Positions 49,956 through 62,149 of a stretch of DNA of 64,000 bases are shown piece by piece. Every line of letters starts with the position of its first letter. The stretch's first letter is position 1. The stretch comes from Macrostomum lignano. Lineage: Eukaryota. The stretch lies in contig NIVC01000415.1 of the NCBI GenBank assembly GCA_002269645.1, positions 1-64,000 on the forward strand, given 5' to 3'. A program made the position numbers and the translations under genes. The notes beneath the pieces are model-generated. The model saw only the letters and a list, made by a program, of their open reading frames with translations. It was not told where the DNA came from and did no database searches.

Positions 49956-51262
49956 GGCTAAACTCGAAACTGTATGCCCGCGCGGATCCTTGACTTGCTA
50001 TGAAATCGGTAATCTTTAGCTTTGCGCTCTCCAGTCTAAATAATATCCCTCTTTTAAAATCAAATGGTTCTGAGAGACTCGCAGCTAAAGCTTCGAAGGT
50101 AAGAAAGTCATAGCAAGAAGTCTAAGACCAAACGGGAGGAGTTTTAAGAGAAATGGCAAAGGTAGTTCTTCTTTCTTCTTTCTTCTTCAGAGGGAATTTT
50201 TTGTTTGCTCAACGAACTACTCATCTCAAATAAATCATTCAATGACTATTTGAAAAAGTAAATTTATTTCTAAGTGTCTGAGAGAATGAAGGCAGCTGGT
50301 TTATTGCTGCTTTCGATCTTGTTCAGGTCTTTTAGCTTCAATGGTACTTGGAAACCACATAGATAACTAGATAGATAGAGGCAAACCATTTTAAGTAGTG
50401 TGATTTCAACAAACATACGAGTTTAGCTATCTTAGAGATGCTACTTTCAGTAGAGAGTAACGATTTAAACACTTGTGTATAAGTAAAGCTAAGAAAAGAC
50501 ACCCGACTCAAAGTTAAACTATTAACATTCACATGCTCTAAATCCAATTTAAAAATGATTTTTGGTTATAGCTTCTGAAATACTGAGGTAATATGACAGT
50601 TTATGCACTTTCCTGTCCTCTCACTATCTCCCTCTCCTTCTACCACCCTCTCTTCTGCCTTAACCTCTCTATCCCTCCTTTTGGGCATCTACAATAAATT
50701 TCAGCTTTATGGTAGGGCAGAGCAGAGGCCATACTCACACTCACCCTAGAGAGTGGCAACTCAGGCTTCAGTAGAAGCAGCAGCGCTACAGCAGCACGTG
50801 CGCACAGCCAGTCAGCAATAATACGCAGTGGCAGAGCAGAGAGTACTTGCAACTGGATGGCGCATCAGTGTTGAGCGGCTGGACCGGTTCAAAACTAGAC
50901 TGCTATTGTTGCGATCCTTCTGTCTTCGAAAAGAAATTTTATAGCATAAAAATAAACAGCCCTAACCCCACTAAAGGTTATTATATCAGATCTCTGTGTA
51001 TGAAAGGTACAATGCAGACACCTAACCATTGGTTCAGGCGGCGTACTCATGCATATAGTCAAATAATAATTGAGGCTGCGTTCACGCGTGAATATACGCC
51101 GTATAAAAAGACTTTTACGCTAGTAATAGCAGAGGCAGATAGAAAAAAAGTAGAATAGCTCAAACTGAGACTTCTAATAAGAGACAATTGTGATACTCGT
51201 ACTGAAAGTGCGTCACGAGTTATATCGAACTATAGAATTATCATATCGATTAGAAGAAACAA

Positions 51263-51417
51263 ATGACTAATCCATACTTCACGGATGCCTACTTCAAGAG
51301 ATTGCTGCAAGCAGAGCGGCAGCAGCAGCAAAAGCAACAGAAAAGTGAATTGCTTCAGCAGCAGAATCGACTGATAGGGCTGCTGCAACCTCAAGCAGCT
51401 GGCTCGGGTGCCACCAG
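51263..51417 (+). CDS. Mlx/Mondo-like bHLH-ZIP, exon 1
   Basis: MTNPYFTDAYFKRLLQAERQQQQ...; donor ACCAG|gtatgc in phase 2 matches the acceptor at 53528. Confidence 0.65.
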
Positions 51418-51574
51418 GTATGCCGGGATGAGGGATGGTTGGCTTTTCATATCTAATGTACGAGCTACATACTAATCTAATGCTCTTATCTCATCACAGT
51501 GTATACTTCGCATTGCATTAACACGTGAATGTACGACACACACTCGTATTTGACTTCTCACTACTCCTGCACTC

Positions 51575-53370
51575 TCCACTTTCTCCCTCCTTCTCCACTC
51601 TCTTTCCTTCCCCCCTCGCTTCTTCGCCCCTCTCTCCTTCTCCCCTCTCTTTCCTTCCTCGCTTCTTCGCCCCTCTCTCCTTCTCCCCTCTCTTTCCTTC
51701 CCCCCTCGCTTCTTCTCCCCTCTCTCCTTCTCCCCTCTCTTTCCTTCCTCGCTTCTTCTCCCCTCTCTCCTTCTCCCCTCTCTTTCCTTCCTCGCTTCTT
51801 CTCCCCTCTCTCCTTCTCCCCTCTCTTTCCTTCCCCCCTCGCTTCTTCGCCCCTCTCTCCTTCTCCCCTCTCTTTCCTTCCCCCCTCGCTTCTTCGCCCC
51901 TCTCTCCTTCTCCCCTCTCTTTCCTTCCCCCCTCGCTTCTTCTCCCCTCTCTCCTTCTCCCCCTCTCTCCTTCTCCCCTCTCGCCTCCCCCTCTCTCCTT
52001 CTCCCCTCTCTCCTTCTCCCCTCTCTCCTTCTCCCCTCTCTCCTTCTCCCCTCTCGCCTTCTCCCCCTCTCTCCTTCTCCCTCTCGCCTCCCCCTCTCTC
52101 CTTCTCCCCTCTCTCCTTCTCCCCTCTCTCCTTCTCCCCTTTCGCCTTCTCCCCCTCTCGCCTTCTCCCCTCTCTCCTTCTCCCCTCTCGCCTTCCTCTC
52201 TCTCTCCTTCTCCCCTTTCTCCTTCTCCCCTTTCGCCTTCTCCCCTCTCTCCTTCTCCCCTCTCGCCTTCTCCCCTCTCTCCTCCCCCTCTCTCCTTCTC
52301 CCCTCTCTTTCCTTCCCCCCTCGCTTCTTCGCCCCTCTCTCCTTCTCCCCTCTCTTTCCTTCCCCCCTCGCTTCTTCTCCCCTCTCTCCTTCTCCCCTCT
52401 CTTTCCTTCCCCCCTCGCTTCTTCTCCCCTCTCTTTCCTTCCCCCCCTCGCTTCTTCTCCCCTCTCTCCTTCTCCCCCTCTCTCCTTCTCCCCTCTCGCC
52501 TCCCCCTCTCTCCTTCTCCCCTCTCTCCTTCTCCCCTCTCTCCTTCTCCCCTCTCTCCTTCTCCCCTCTCGCCTTCTCCCCCTCTCTCCTTCTCCCCTCT
52601 CGCCTCCCCCTCTCTCCTTCTCCCCTCTCTCCTTCTCCCCTCTCTCCTTCTCCCCTTTCGCCTTCTCCCCCTCTCGCCTTCTCCCCTCTCTCCTTCTCCC
52701 CTCTCGCCTTCCTCTCTCTCTCCTTCTCCCCTTTCTCCTTCTCCCCTTTCGCCTTCTCCCCTCTCTCCTTCTCCCCTCTCGCCTTCTCCCCTCTCTCCTC
52801 CCCCTCTCTCCTTCTCCCCTCTCTTTCCTTCCCCCCTCGCTTCTTCGCCCCTCTCTCCTTCTCCCCTCTCTTTCCTTCCTCGCTTCTTCTCCCCTCTCTC
52901 CTTCTCCCCTCTCTTTCCTTCCCCCCTCGCTTCTTCGCCCCTCTCTCCTTCTCCCCTCTCTTTCCTTCCCCCCTCGCTTCTTCTCCCCTCTCCTTCTCCC
53001 CTCTCTTTCCTTCCCCCCTCGCTTCTTCTCCCCTCTCTCCTTCTCCCCTCTCTTTCCTTCCCCCCTCGCTTCTTCTCCCCTCTCGCCTCCCCCTCTCTCC
53101 TTCTCCCCTCTCTCCTTCTCCCCTCTCCTTCTCCCCTTTCGCCTTCTCCCTTCTCTCCTTCTCCCCTCTCTCCTTCTCCCCTCTCTTTCCTTCCCCCCTC
53201 GCTTCTTCTCCCCTCTCCTTCTCCCCTCTCTTTCCTTCCCCCATCGCTTCTTCTCCCCTCTCTCCTTCTCCCCTCTCTTTCCTTCCCCCCTCGCTTCTTC
53301 TCCCCTCTCGCCTCCCCCTCTCTCCTCCCCTCTCTCCTTCTCCCCTCTCCTTCTCCCCTCTCTCCTTCAG
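51575..53370. repeat. 1.8 kb polypyrimidine satellite (CCTTCTCCCCTCTCT) in the bHLH intron
   Basis: Almost no A and sparse G; internal duplication of about 516 bp. Confidence 0.92.
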
Positions 53371-53527
53371 CCCACTCTCTCCGTCTTACCTGGCCTTATT
53401 CCCGCTCCTAAAGAGCATTTACAAATGCATACTTAATTACCTACCGCAATGGCAAACGTCCCTGACAACGGCAATTTTGCAAGCACAACATGTACTTATT
53501 TACCAAGATAACAAACACATACACCAG

Positions 53528-54176
53528 GTCAGCCGCAGCCTCATCGGGCGTATCCTCCGATCCGGGCTCACCCTACGCCCATCCGCAGGCGTGTCAGTTG
53601 CTGCAGCCAATCAAGAGACACCAGCGACCGGCACATAAAGAGGCCGAACTGCGCCGACTGTCAAAGATTCGCGACGGCGTCAAGTTGCTAAGCAGAGTCT
53701 GCGGCATCGACACGCTTGATCACCAGGCCAAATCTCCAGCAGTGAATCGATGTCCTGGACTGAGCAGGCACGTGTCCGAGTCTGCTCTACTCAAGCTGTG
53801 CGCCGATCGAATCCAAGCCGTTGAGCAAGAAATCACCGACCAATCGGCCGAAATCGAGCGTCTTCGAGCGCTGCTATCGGTCTCCACAATGCCATCGAGT
53901 CAGGCCATAGACTATGTGCAAACTCGCTGGCTGGAAAGCCCTAGGTTCGAACTCTTCTATAAACTGATTGGTCAAAGTGTTTCAGACGCTTTCACTGATC
54001 ATCTGCAGGCGGCTGCCGATTCTCGGCTGCTACTAGAAGAGAAATTTCCCGAGCAATGGCTGGACAGAATTGCTGCGCCGGAAGAACTGAAGAAGCGATC
54101 TGAGCGATATTTGGAGCGAATACGGGGAAATCATCCTTCTGAAAGTTCGCGACAGCTCGATTCTGGTAACCGCTAA
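53528..54176 (+). CDS. Mlx/Mondo-like bHLH-ZIP with DCD-like C-terminus, exon 2
   Basis: HKEAELRRLSKIRDGVKLL (basic region/helix 1), VSESALLKLCADRIQAVEQE (helix 2), zipper, then DYVQTRWLESPRFELFYKLI...QWLDRI resembling the Mlx/Mondo DCD (YVRTRTLHNWKFWVFSILI...AWLDQY). Total 267 aa. Confidence 0.75.
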
Positions 54177-54224
54177 CGGGATCCCTGAATACGGTAAGGA
54201 TTTTTGAGACAGGCTAGGATCTCT

Positions 54225-54505
54225 GAGTAGCTGAATTGGGGATCTCTGAGTAGCTGAATTGGGGATCTCTGAGTAGCTGAATTGGGGATCTCTGATTAGC
54301 TGAATTGGGGATATCTGAGTAGCTGAATTGAGGATATCTGAGTAGCTGAATTGGGGATCTCTGAGTAGCTGAATTGGGGATCTCTGAGTAGCTGAATTGG
54401 GGATCTCTGAGTAGCTGAATTGGGGATCTCTGAGTAGCTGAATTGGGGATCTCTGAGTAGCTGAATTGGGGATATCTGAGTAGCTAAGTAAGGATCTCTG
54501 AGTAG
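54225..54505. repeat. 23 bp minisatellite (CTGAATTGGGGATCTCTGAGTAG)
   Basis: Direct inspection. Confidence 0.9.
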
Positions 54506-55469
54506 TTCAATAAGAATAGCTCAACAGGCCGGGTTCCTTCATGATCTCAGCATCTCTTTATGAATGTTTTTAACAGTAGTGCTTCTCAGTAGGAATTCAT
54601 TGTGTATTGCGCAGCAATTTTATTTATTCCCCTAGAAGATATCTCCACCGTAGTTTAATATTAATCTATAAAAGTAATGCGAACAATAATAATCTATTTG
54701 TATACTATTTATACACTAGATGTACAGCTTTCCTAGATAAAAGTACTTCTAGCACTTTGTACTTGTACATGTACGTATGCGAATGAAGGTTCCAAACAAT
54801 GACTGCATTTTATATTATGCTATTTAAACGCAAAAGACTCGCAGTCACTGATGCTAATTTCAATTTATAAGAATGTTATAAATAAACCTTAATATACTAC
54901 CTTTAACTATAGATCATGCAGTAGTATGATAGTAAAAATGAAAAAAACGCAAATTATATTAAAAGCATTGTCGACCATATTTCAGAGAAGTTTTCATTTT
55001 CAAATTAATTTGCTATTAGTTAAATAAATTGCTATCAATTTCGATTGCTGCAATTGTCAATCGAACAATTAATTAAAATTATACATACATATTACATACA
55101 TTTTACATGCTAACACGGGAACTGATGCAGTTAGCGAACTATCAATAACAGAAAGCGACTGCAATGCCATCGCTAAATAAGGATGGCACTTCTTGCATTC
55201 AAATCAACTATTCAAAATGATATTGACACATTTTTATCAAATTAAAAAATCATTTTCAGTCATCGAGATGACAAACGAATAGAACCATTCAATAGCTAGA
55301 TGAAGACGGGCTGGCGTGGGGCACTATTTTACAGCGGTTGATGGAGATGGTACTTTTGGATTAAGCAATTGTGAAATTGTAAACTACAGATAACTACAGA
55401 TGGTTATTGAATGCAGAGACAGACACAGACACTAGGACAGATATTTACGGACAATGAGACAGACATAAA

Positions 55470-56592
55470 CCTAGGCAGACACAGGCAGACACCAAGGCAG
55501 ACACAGGCAGACACTAAGGCAGACACAGACAGACACTAAGGCAGACACAGACAGACACTAAGGCAGACACAGACAGACACAGACAGACACTAAGGCAGAC
55601 ACAGACAGACACTAAGGCAGACACAGACAGACACTGGCAGACACTAAGGCAGACACAGACAGACACTAAGGCAGACACAGGCAGACACTGAGGCAGACAC
55701 AGACAGACACTAAGGCAGACACAGACAGACACTAAGGCAGACACTGAGGCAGACACAGGCAGACACTAAGCCAGACACAGACAGACACTAAGCCAGACAC
55801 AGACAGACACTAAGGCAGACTCAGACAGACACTAAGCCAGACACATACAGACACTAAGCCAGACACAGACAGACATTAAGCCAGACACAGACAGACACAG
55901 ACAGACAGACACTAAGGCAGACACAGACAGACACTAAGGCAGACACAGACAGACACAGACAGACACTAAGGCAGACACAGACAGACACTAAGGCAGACAC
56001 AGGCAGACACAGACAGACACTAAGGCAGACACAGACAGACACTAAGGCAGACACAGACAGACACTAAGGCAGACACAGACAGACACTAAGGCAGACACAG
56101 ACAGACACTGGCAGACACTAAGGCAGACACAGGCAGACACTGAGGCAGACACAGACAGACACTAAGGCAGACACAGACAGACACTAAGGCAGACACAGGC
56201 AGACACTAAGGCAGACACAGACAGACACTAAGGTAGACACAGACAGACACTAAGGCAGACTCAGACAGACACTAAGGCAGACACAGACAGACACTAAGGC
56301 AGACACAGACAGACACTAAGGCAGACACAGGCAGACACTAAGCCAGACACAGACAGACACTAAGCCAGACACAGACAGACACTAAGGCAGACTCAGACAG
56401 ACACTAAGCCAGACACATACAGACACTAAGCCAGACACAGACAGACATTAAGCCAGACACAGACAGACACAGACAGACAGACACTAAGGCAGACACAGGC
56501 AGAAACTAAGCCAGACACAGACAGACACTAAGCCAGACACAGACAGACATTAAGCCAGACACAGACAGACACTAAGCCAGACACAGACAGAC
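55470..56592. repeat. 22 bp minisatellite (GGCAGACACAGACAGACACTAA)
   Basis: Direct inspection. Confidence 0.92.
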
Positions 56593-56729
56593 GAGCATCT
56601 AAAAACGCGCATGTCTCAAAGCTACTAAGCGCACAAACAAAAATGAATGAAGACACACGGGCATTGCCGTGAGCACCGGTGGCAACTTAATAGTAACAAA
56701 TGAAGAACTCGCCGGTGACAACTGACAGG

Positions 56730-57065
56730 TCAGAAATGCAAAGTGGACACTTGAATCTCGGCCAGATCATCCAGGATAGCGTCGGCACTTAAGCCGGCTT
56801 TCTTGGCCACTTCAACGCGTTCGGAATGGCCAAGCGACACGTAGCGGTACATCAAGTCGCCGTCGATAATGCCGGATTTGGCCGGCTCCAAGTCGTGATT
56901 GGCTGGCGAATAGATTCTCGAAGCTCTGGGGTGCAAGCCGGCTGGGTGCAGCACGGCGTGGCTCAGGTGCTTCTCCAGCATGATTAGCCGGGTGTAGACT
57001 GGTCGGCGAACCGGGGTTAACAAGTACAGGCCGCCCTCGGCGGTTCCCATGACAACCGAGTGGCC
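56730..57065 (-). CDS. CPSF1: CPSF160, terminal exon
   Basis: IIDGDLMYRYVSLGHSERVEVAKKAGLSADAILDDLAEIQVSTLHF* is the typical CPSF1 C-terminus; six exons give 830 aa without frameshift. Confidence 0.95.
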   Translation of the reverse strand, partial: GHSVVMGTAEGGLYLLTPVRRPVYTRLIMLEKHLSHAVLHPAGLHPRASRIYSPANHDLEPAKSGIIDGDLMYRYVSLGHSERVEVAKKAGLSADAILDDLAEIQVSTLHF

Positions 57066-57224
57066 CTGAGAGCGTGCGGACATGCGTATGGATTAGCATC
57101 TAATTCAATATAGCGTTAGTAAGATCATGTTTTAGCTTAGTTGGCATGGCAGCAACAGCAAAAACATCGCAAAGAACATCAACGTCTATTAACATAAATA
57201 TTGTTATTGGAAAACCACTTGATT

Positions 57225-57560
57225 AGTTGTCATGGCAACAGACGGGGCTGGTTGACATTGAAGCACACGGGACTTCAATTTTATCAGAAAAAGGGGCATT
57301 AGTTATTAAAAAATCAGATGAGACGGCTGTCATGGTTACACGAGACTGGTTGTCATGGAAACCCATGGAAATAAATGGGACTCGTCATGGGAGCACACGG
57401 GGACTGGTTGTCATGGAGACACACGGGATTGGTTGTCATGGCACCACACGAGACTGATTGTCACGAAAACACACGGGATTGGTTGACATGGAGACACACG
57501 GGACTGGTTGTCATGGGAACACACGGGACTGGTTGTCATGGAAACACACTGGATTTGACT
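57225..57560. repeat. Degenerate array (ACACACGGGACTGGTTGTCATGG) in the last CPSF1 intron
   Basis: Direct inspection. Confidence 0.8.
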
Positions 57561-57648
57561 TCGTAGCAACGCACAAAAGTCAATACACTAAAACACGTAT
57601 AGACACAAGTTACCATAGCAACAAGTCTCGAACACACCCCTCTCTCAC

Positions 57649-57889
57649 CTGTTGAATATCCCTAGTCTTAGCCAGTCCGGCGCCCCCGCGCAGGCAGTTG
57701 TGCACCCGCAGTGAGCAGTGCACGCTAGACGGCAGTCGGGCCTCCCGTTTGCGCACCAGATTGCGGCCACCCCTGCTGAGCTTCTCGCTGGGATCGTAGG
57801 CGAAGGCGAGCAGATTGCGGCGAGAGTCGCACAGCAGGAAGCCGAGATTTTGCCCGTCTACGAGGAAGTTGCTAGTGAACACTTGGCGC
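57649..57889 (-). CDS. CPSF1: CPSF160, internal exon
   Basis: FLVDGQNLGFLLCDSRRNLLAFAYDPSEKLSRGGRNLVRK; phases 2/0 consistent. Confidence 0.92.
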
Positions 57890-57969
57890 CTGAGAGTATT
57901 TATAAATGGGTTTTAACTAGATTGCCGCTCAAATCGAGCTGAAGCAAATTTTACTGCCTGGATCCATAA

Positions 57970-59092
57970 CAGGAGTCGGCTCACTTTCTTACTTCAAGGG
58001 CCAGATAAAGAATCTAGCTAATGGTTGCAGAAGAGGGGAGAGACAAGAGGGGAGAGGGGAGAGAGGAGAGAGAAGAGGGGAGAGAGTAGATAGAAAAGGG
58101 GAGAGAGGAGAGGAGGGGAGAGTAGAGAGGAGGAGAGAGAGGAGAGGAGGGGAGAGTAGAGAGGAGGGGAGAGAGGAGAGGAGGGAGAGTAGAGAGGAGG
58201 GGAGAGAGTAGAGAGGAGAGGAGGGAGAGTAGAGAGGAGGGGAGAGAGTAGAGAGGAGAGGAGAGAGTAGAGAGGGGAGAGTAGAGAGGAGAGGAGAGAG
58301 TAGAGAGGGGAGAGTAGAGAGGAGGGGAGAGAGTAGAGAGGAGGGAGAGACGAGAGAGAAGAGAGTAGAGAGGAGAGGAGGGAGAGTAGAGAGGAGAGAG
58401 GAGGGGGGAGAGTAGAGAGGAGGGGAGAGAGTAGAGAGGAGGGAGAGACGAGAGAGAAGAGAGTAGAGAGGAGAGGAGGGAGAGTAGAGAGGAAGGGAGA
58501 GAGTAGAGAGGAGAGGAGAGAGTAGAGAGGAGGGGGGAGAGTAGAGAGGAGGGGAGAGAGTAGAGAGGAGGGAGAGACGAGAGAGAAGAGAGTAGAGAGG
58601 AGAGGAGAGAGTAGAGAGGAGGGGAGAGAGTAGAGAGGAGGGGAGACAGGAGAGAGAAGAGGGGAGAGAGGAGAGGAGAGAGTAGAGAGGAGGGGAGAGA
58701 GTAGAGAGGAGGGGAGAGAGTAGAGAGGAGGGGAGAGAGGAGAGAGAAGAGGGGAGAGAGGAGAGGAGAGAGTAGAGAGGAGGGGAGAGAGTAGAGAGGA
58801 GGGGAGAGAGTAGAGAGGAGGGGAGAGAGTAGAGAGGAGGGGAGAGAGGAGAGAGAAGAGGGGAGAGAGGAGAGGAGGGAGAGTAGAGAGGAGGGGAGAG
58901 AGTAGAGAGGAGGGGGGAGAGTAGAGAGGAGGGGAGACAGGAGAGAGAAGAGGGGGATAGGAGATAGATAGAGGAGTTAAGAAAGCTGAGAAGAGACACA
59001 AACCCTGAGATGGCCGGATTGCAATTGTGAAGTTTCAAAGGACCCGAGGGCCGGATAGAGAGGCTTTTCGGACAGGAGTTTGCCGACCCGTG
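57970..59092. mobile_element. hAT-type MITE with about 950 bp GA-rich satellite (copy 2, in a CPSF1 intron)
   Basis: CAGGAGTCGGC...GCCGACCCGTG terminal inverted repeats; subterminal ACACAAACCcTGAG..GGCCGGAT..TGAAGTTTCAAA shared with copy 1; TSD degenerate. Confidence 0.7.
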
Positions 59093-59194
59093 CCCTATAT
59101 AAATTCCCATAAATAGTCAAGACTAGAAATATTCCCAATAAGACTGACTCATAACTGCGCAGTGTCCCCTCTCGGGAAAAAAGGCAATTCTTAC

Positions 59195-59541
59195 CTAGCC
59201 GAGTCCCTAGCAACAATGGACAGCACTCGAACACTGGGCTGGTAGCGCAGCAGCTGCACAGACTTGGCCAAATCCGAGGTCACAATGAGATTTTTAACGC
59301 AATTAATAGAGTGAATCAATATCTCCGAGTCAACGAATGCTATGCCAACTAATCTATCGTCTTTAAGCTGCCACAGGTAGACTTTCTGACCAATGGCTGA
59401 GACTAGCAGGCCGTGACAGGATGCCAGAGCAGTCACTGGGCCTTTCTGTTCTTCCCGAAATGCCAGCTTCATCTTGTAGGCTGTGAGAGGCTGGCCTGGC
59501 TCCGGCACAACGTTGATCACGTCCATTAGAGTGATGGTGCC
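59195..59541 (-). CDS. CPSF1: CPSF160, internal exon
   Basis: DVINVVPEPGQPLTAYKMKLAFREEQKGPVTAL...IGQKVYLWQLKDDRLVGIAFVD; donor AG|gtaaga. Confidence 0.95.
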
Positions 59542-59660
59542 CTGGAAGGGTTTTGCGACCGGTGAAGCGAGTTTACTACAACTGTCCCGTGACCATCGCG
59601 TTATTGTTATTGGCTATCTTATCGTCAGACATGTACACTCTCGGTAATTCGCTCTCTCAC

Positions 59661-59900
59661 CTTGCAGGTGATCTCCTCATTGTAGCTTAAATTAGTAGCC
59701 ACAGCAACTAACTCTTTGAATCCTTCGGCAGTCTCCTCCGATTGCAGTCGGACAATTCTGCAGCAGGCCACCCGTTCCCACACCTGCATATCCAGCCTCA
59801 CAGCGGGTATCGCCTGCCAGTCGGGCGTGTACGCTTCGAAATAGTAGCGATCGCGGAATGGCAGACAATGGGTTGGCGGCACTTCGCGGGTGTCGATTTC
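59661..59900 (-). CDS. CPSF1: CPSF160, internal exon
   Basis: WQAIPAVRLDMQVWERVACCRIVRLQSEETAEGFKELVAVATNLSYNEEITCK. Confidence 0.92.
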
Positions 59901-60049
59901 CTGCGGCGAGAGGGAATTGAAATACGCGTGTTCAACTACTGACTTGCATTCAGGTTAGAAGTATTAATACAAGTAGTACAATTGAAGTACAATAGAATAG
60001 CGTTAAGCTTTTCTAAAAAATCAAACTGACTTAGACAAAGAGGTGGATA

Positions 60050-61312
60050 CAGAAGAGGAGGCAGATAAGGAGGTAGAGACGGGGAGGTAGAAAAGATAGG
60101 GGTAAAGGAGAGGAGGTAGAGAAGAGAGGGGTAGAGAAGAGAGGGGTAGCGAAAAGAGGGGTAGAAAAGGGAGAGGGTAGAGAAAAGAGGGGTAGAGAAG
60201 AGAGAGGGTAGAGAAAAGAGGGGTAGAGAAGAGAGAGGGTAGAGAAAAGAGGGGTAGAAAAGGGAGAGGGTAGAGAAAAGAGGGGAGAGAAGAGAGAGGG
60301 TAGAGAAAAGAGGGGTAGAGAAGAGAGAGGGTAGAGAAAAGAGGGGTAGAGAAGAAAGAGGGTAGAGAAGAGGGGTAGAAAAGGGAGGGGTAGAGAAGAG
60401 AGAGAGGGTAGAGAAAAGAGGGGTAGAAAAGGGAGGGGTAGAGAAGAGAGAGAGGGTAGAGAAAAGAGGGGTAGAGAAGAGAGAGGGGTAGAGAAGAGAG
60501 AGGGTAGAGAAAAGAGGGGTAGAGAAGAGAGAGGGTAGAGAAAAGAGGGGTAGAGAAGAGAGAGGGTAGAGAAAAGAGGGGTAGAAAAGGGAGGGGTAGA
60601 GAAAAGAGGGGTAGAGAAGAGAGAGGGTAGAGAAAAGAGGGGTAGAAAAGAGAGGGGTAGAGAAAAGAGGGGTAGAGAAGAGAGAGGGGTAGAGAAAAGA
60701 GGGGTAGAGAAGAGAGAGAGGGTAGAGAAAAGAGGGGTAGAAAAGGGAGGGGTAGAGAAGAGAGAGAGGGTAGAGAAAAGAGGGGTAGAAAAGGGAGGTG
60801 TAGAGAAGAGAGAGGGTAGAGAAAAGAGGGGTAGAGAAGAGAGAGGGGTAGAGAAAAGAGGGGTAGAGAAGAGAGAGGGGTAGAGAAAAGAGGGGTAGAG
60901 AAGAGAGAGGGGTAGAGAAAAGAGGGGTAGAGAAGAGAGAGAGGGTAGAGAAAAGAGGGGTAGAAAAGGGAGGGGTAGAGAAGAGAGAGAGGGTAGAGAA
61001 AAGAGGGGTAGAAAAGGGAGGTGTAGAGAAGAGAGAGGGTAGAGAAAAGAGGGGTAGAGAAGAGAGAGGGGTAGAGAAAAGAGGGGTAGAGAAGAGAGAG
61101 GGGTAGAGAAAAGAGGGGTAGAGAAGAGAGAGGGGTAGAGAAAAGAGGGGTAGAGAAGAGAGAGGGGTAGAGAAAAGAGGGGTAGAGAAAAGAGGGGTAG
61201 AGAGAGGGGTGGCGAAGAGAGGGGTAGAGAGAGGGGTGGCGAAGAGAGGGGTAGAGAGAGGGGTGGCGAAGAGAGGGGTAGAGAGAGGGGTGGCGAAGAG
61301 AGGGAAGAGAAC
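60050..61312. repeat. Polypurine satellite (AGAGGGGTAGAGAAG/AA) in a CPSF1 intron
   Basis: Direct inspection. Confidence 0.92.
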
Positions 61313-61381
61313 GGAGGTGAAACTCTAAAAGGGGTGCTAATACAACACAGGTAAAAAGACTGCAGCAGTAATAAACCGTAC

Positions 61382-62062
61382 CTTATCGCCATCAGACGAC
61401 AGCCGGCAGATGGCATTGCTAAGCTCGGGCGCACTGCTAGCCACCAGATAAGTGCTAGTAGCCCGATGGAACTGTACGCAGTGCACTGTGCGGCCCAATG
61501 GCACCCGTTTCCTAGGCCAAGGCGAAGCATAATCATAGTCATCTGGCAGGCTGGCTACTCTCAAATCGCGTTCGGGAGTCAGATAGAGAAATCCGTGCCG
61601 GCAGAAGTGCCGGTCAAATGGAGAGAAGGCGCACACTGAGCCGTCGACGAACATAGGATGAGAGTAGGCCTGACCAGACGGCGACACGACTAGAAAATGC
61701 GGCCGAACGCCGCCGACAAACAGGCCGCGATAGCCGCCAATGTCTTCGAATGGCACTAATAGCCTAGCGTGCTTGCCATGCAGCTGCTGTTGCAATTCAG
61801 ATTGCTGTTGAAGCAGCAATTGTTGCTGCTGCTGTTGCTTGCCAGTTCGGCGCTGCTTGCTTGGCTTCTTGCCGGTCCGCAGCAGCACGCCCAGGTCGTC
61901 TAATCGGCGCAGACGAACTGCCAGTCGGCCCGGTGGCAGAACGGCGACATCGGAGGCCGGGGCCGGGTACGCCTCGTAGGCAGACACTTCGTCACGACTG
62001 CGACAGAGCAACAGCAGGCGGTCAAGGTGACGCCCGATTGGCATTAAGCTGAGCTCTTCCAC
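61382..62062 (-). CDS. CPSF1: CPSF160, internal exon
   Basis: FEDIGGYRGLFVGGVRPHF...AFSPFDRHFCRHGFLY...DYASPWPRKRVPLGRTVH matches CPSF1; canonical splice sites. Confidence 0.92.
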
Positions 62063-62149
62063 CTGACAAGGATTTAGCGGCCCACTGTTATTTTGTAGTG
62101 AATTTGTGCCTATAATGTACCTCTTATTAGGGGTGAATTTCTTGAAACT

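Noticed and set aside
51472-53436. 590-635 aa E/R/G- or S/P/L-rich ORFs
   Set aside because: Polypyrimidine satellite inside the bHLH intron; the same applies to 57989-59110 and 60031-61542.
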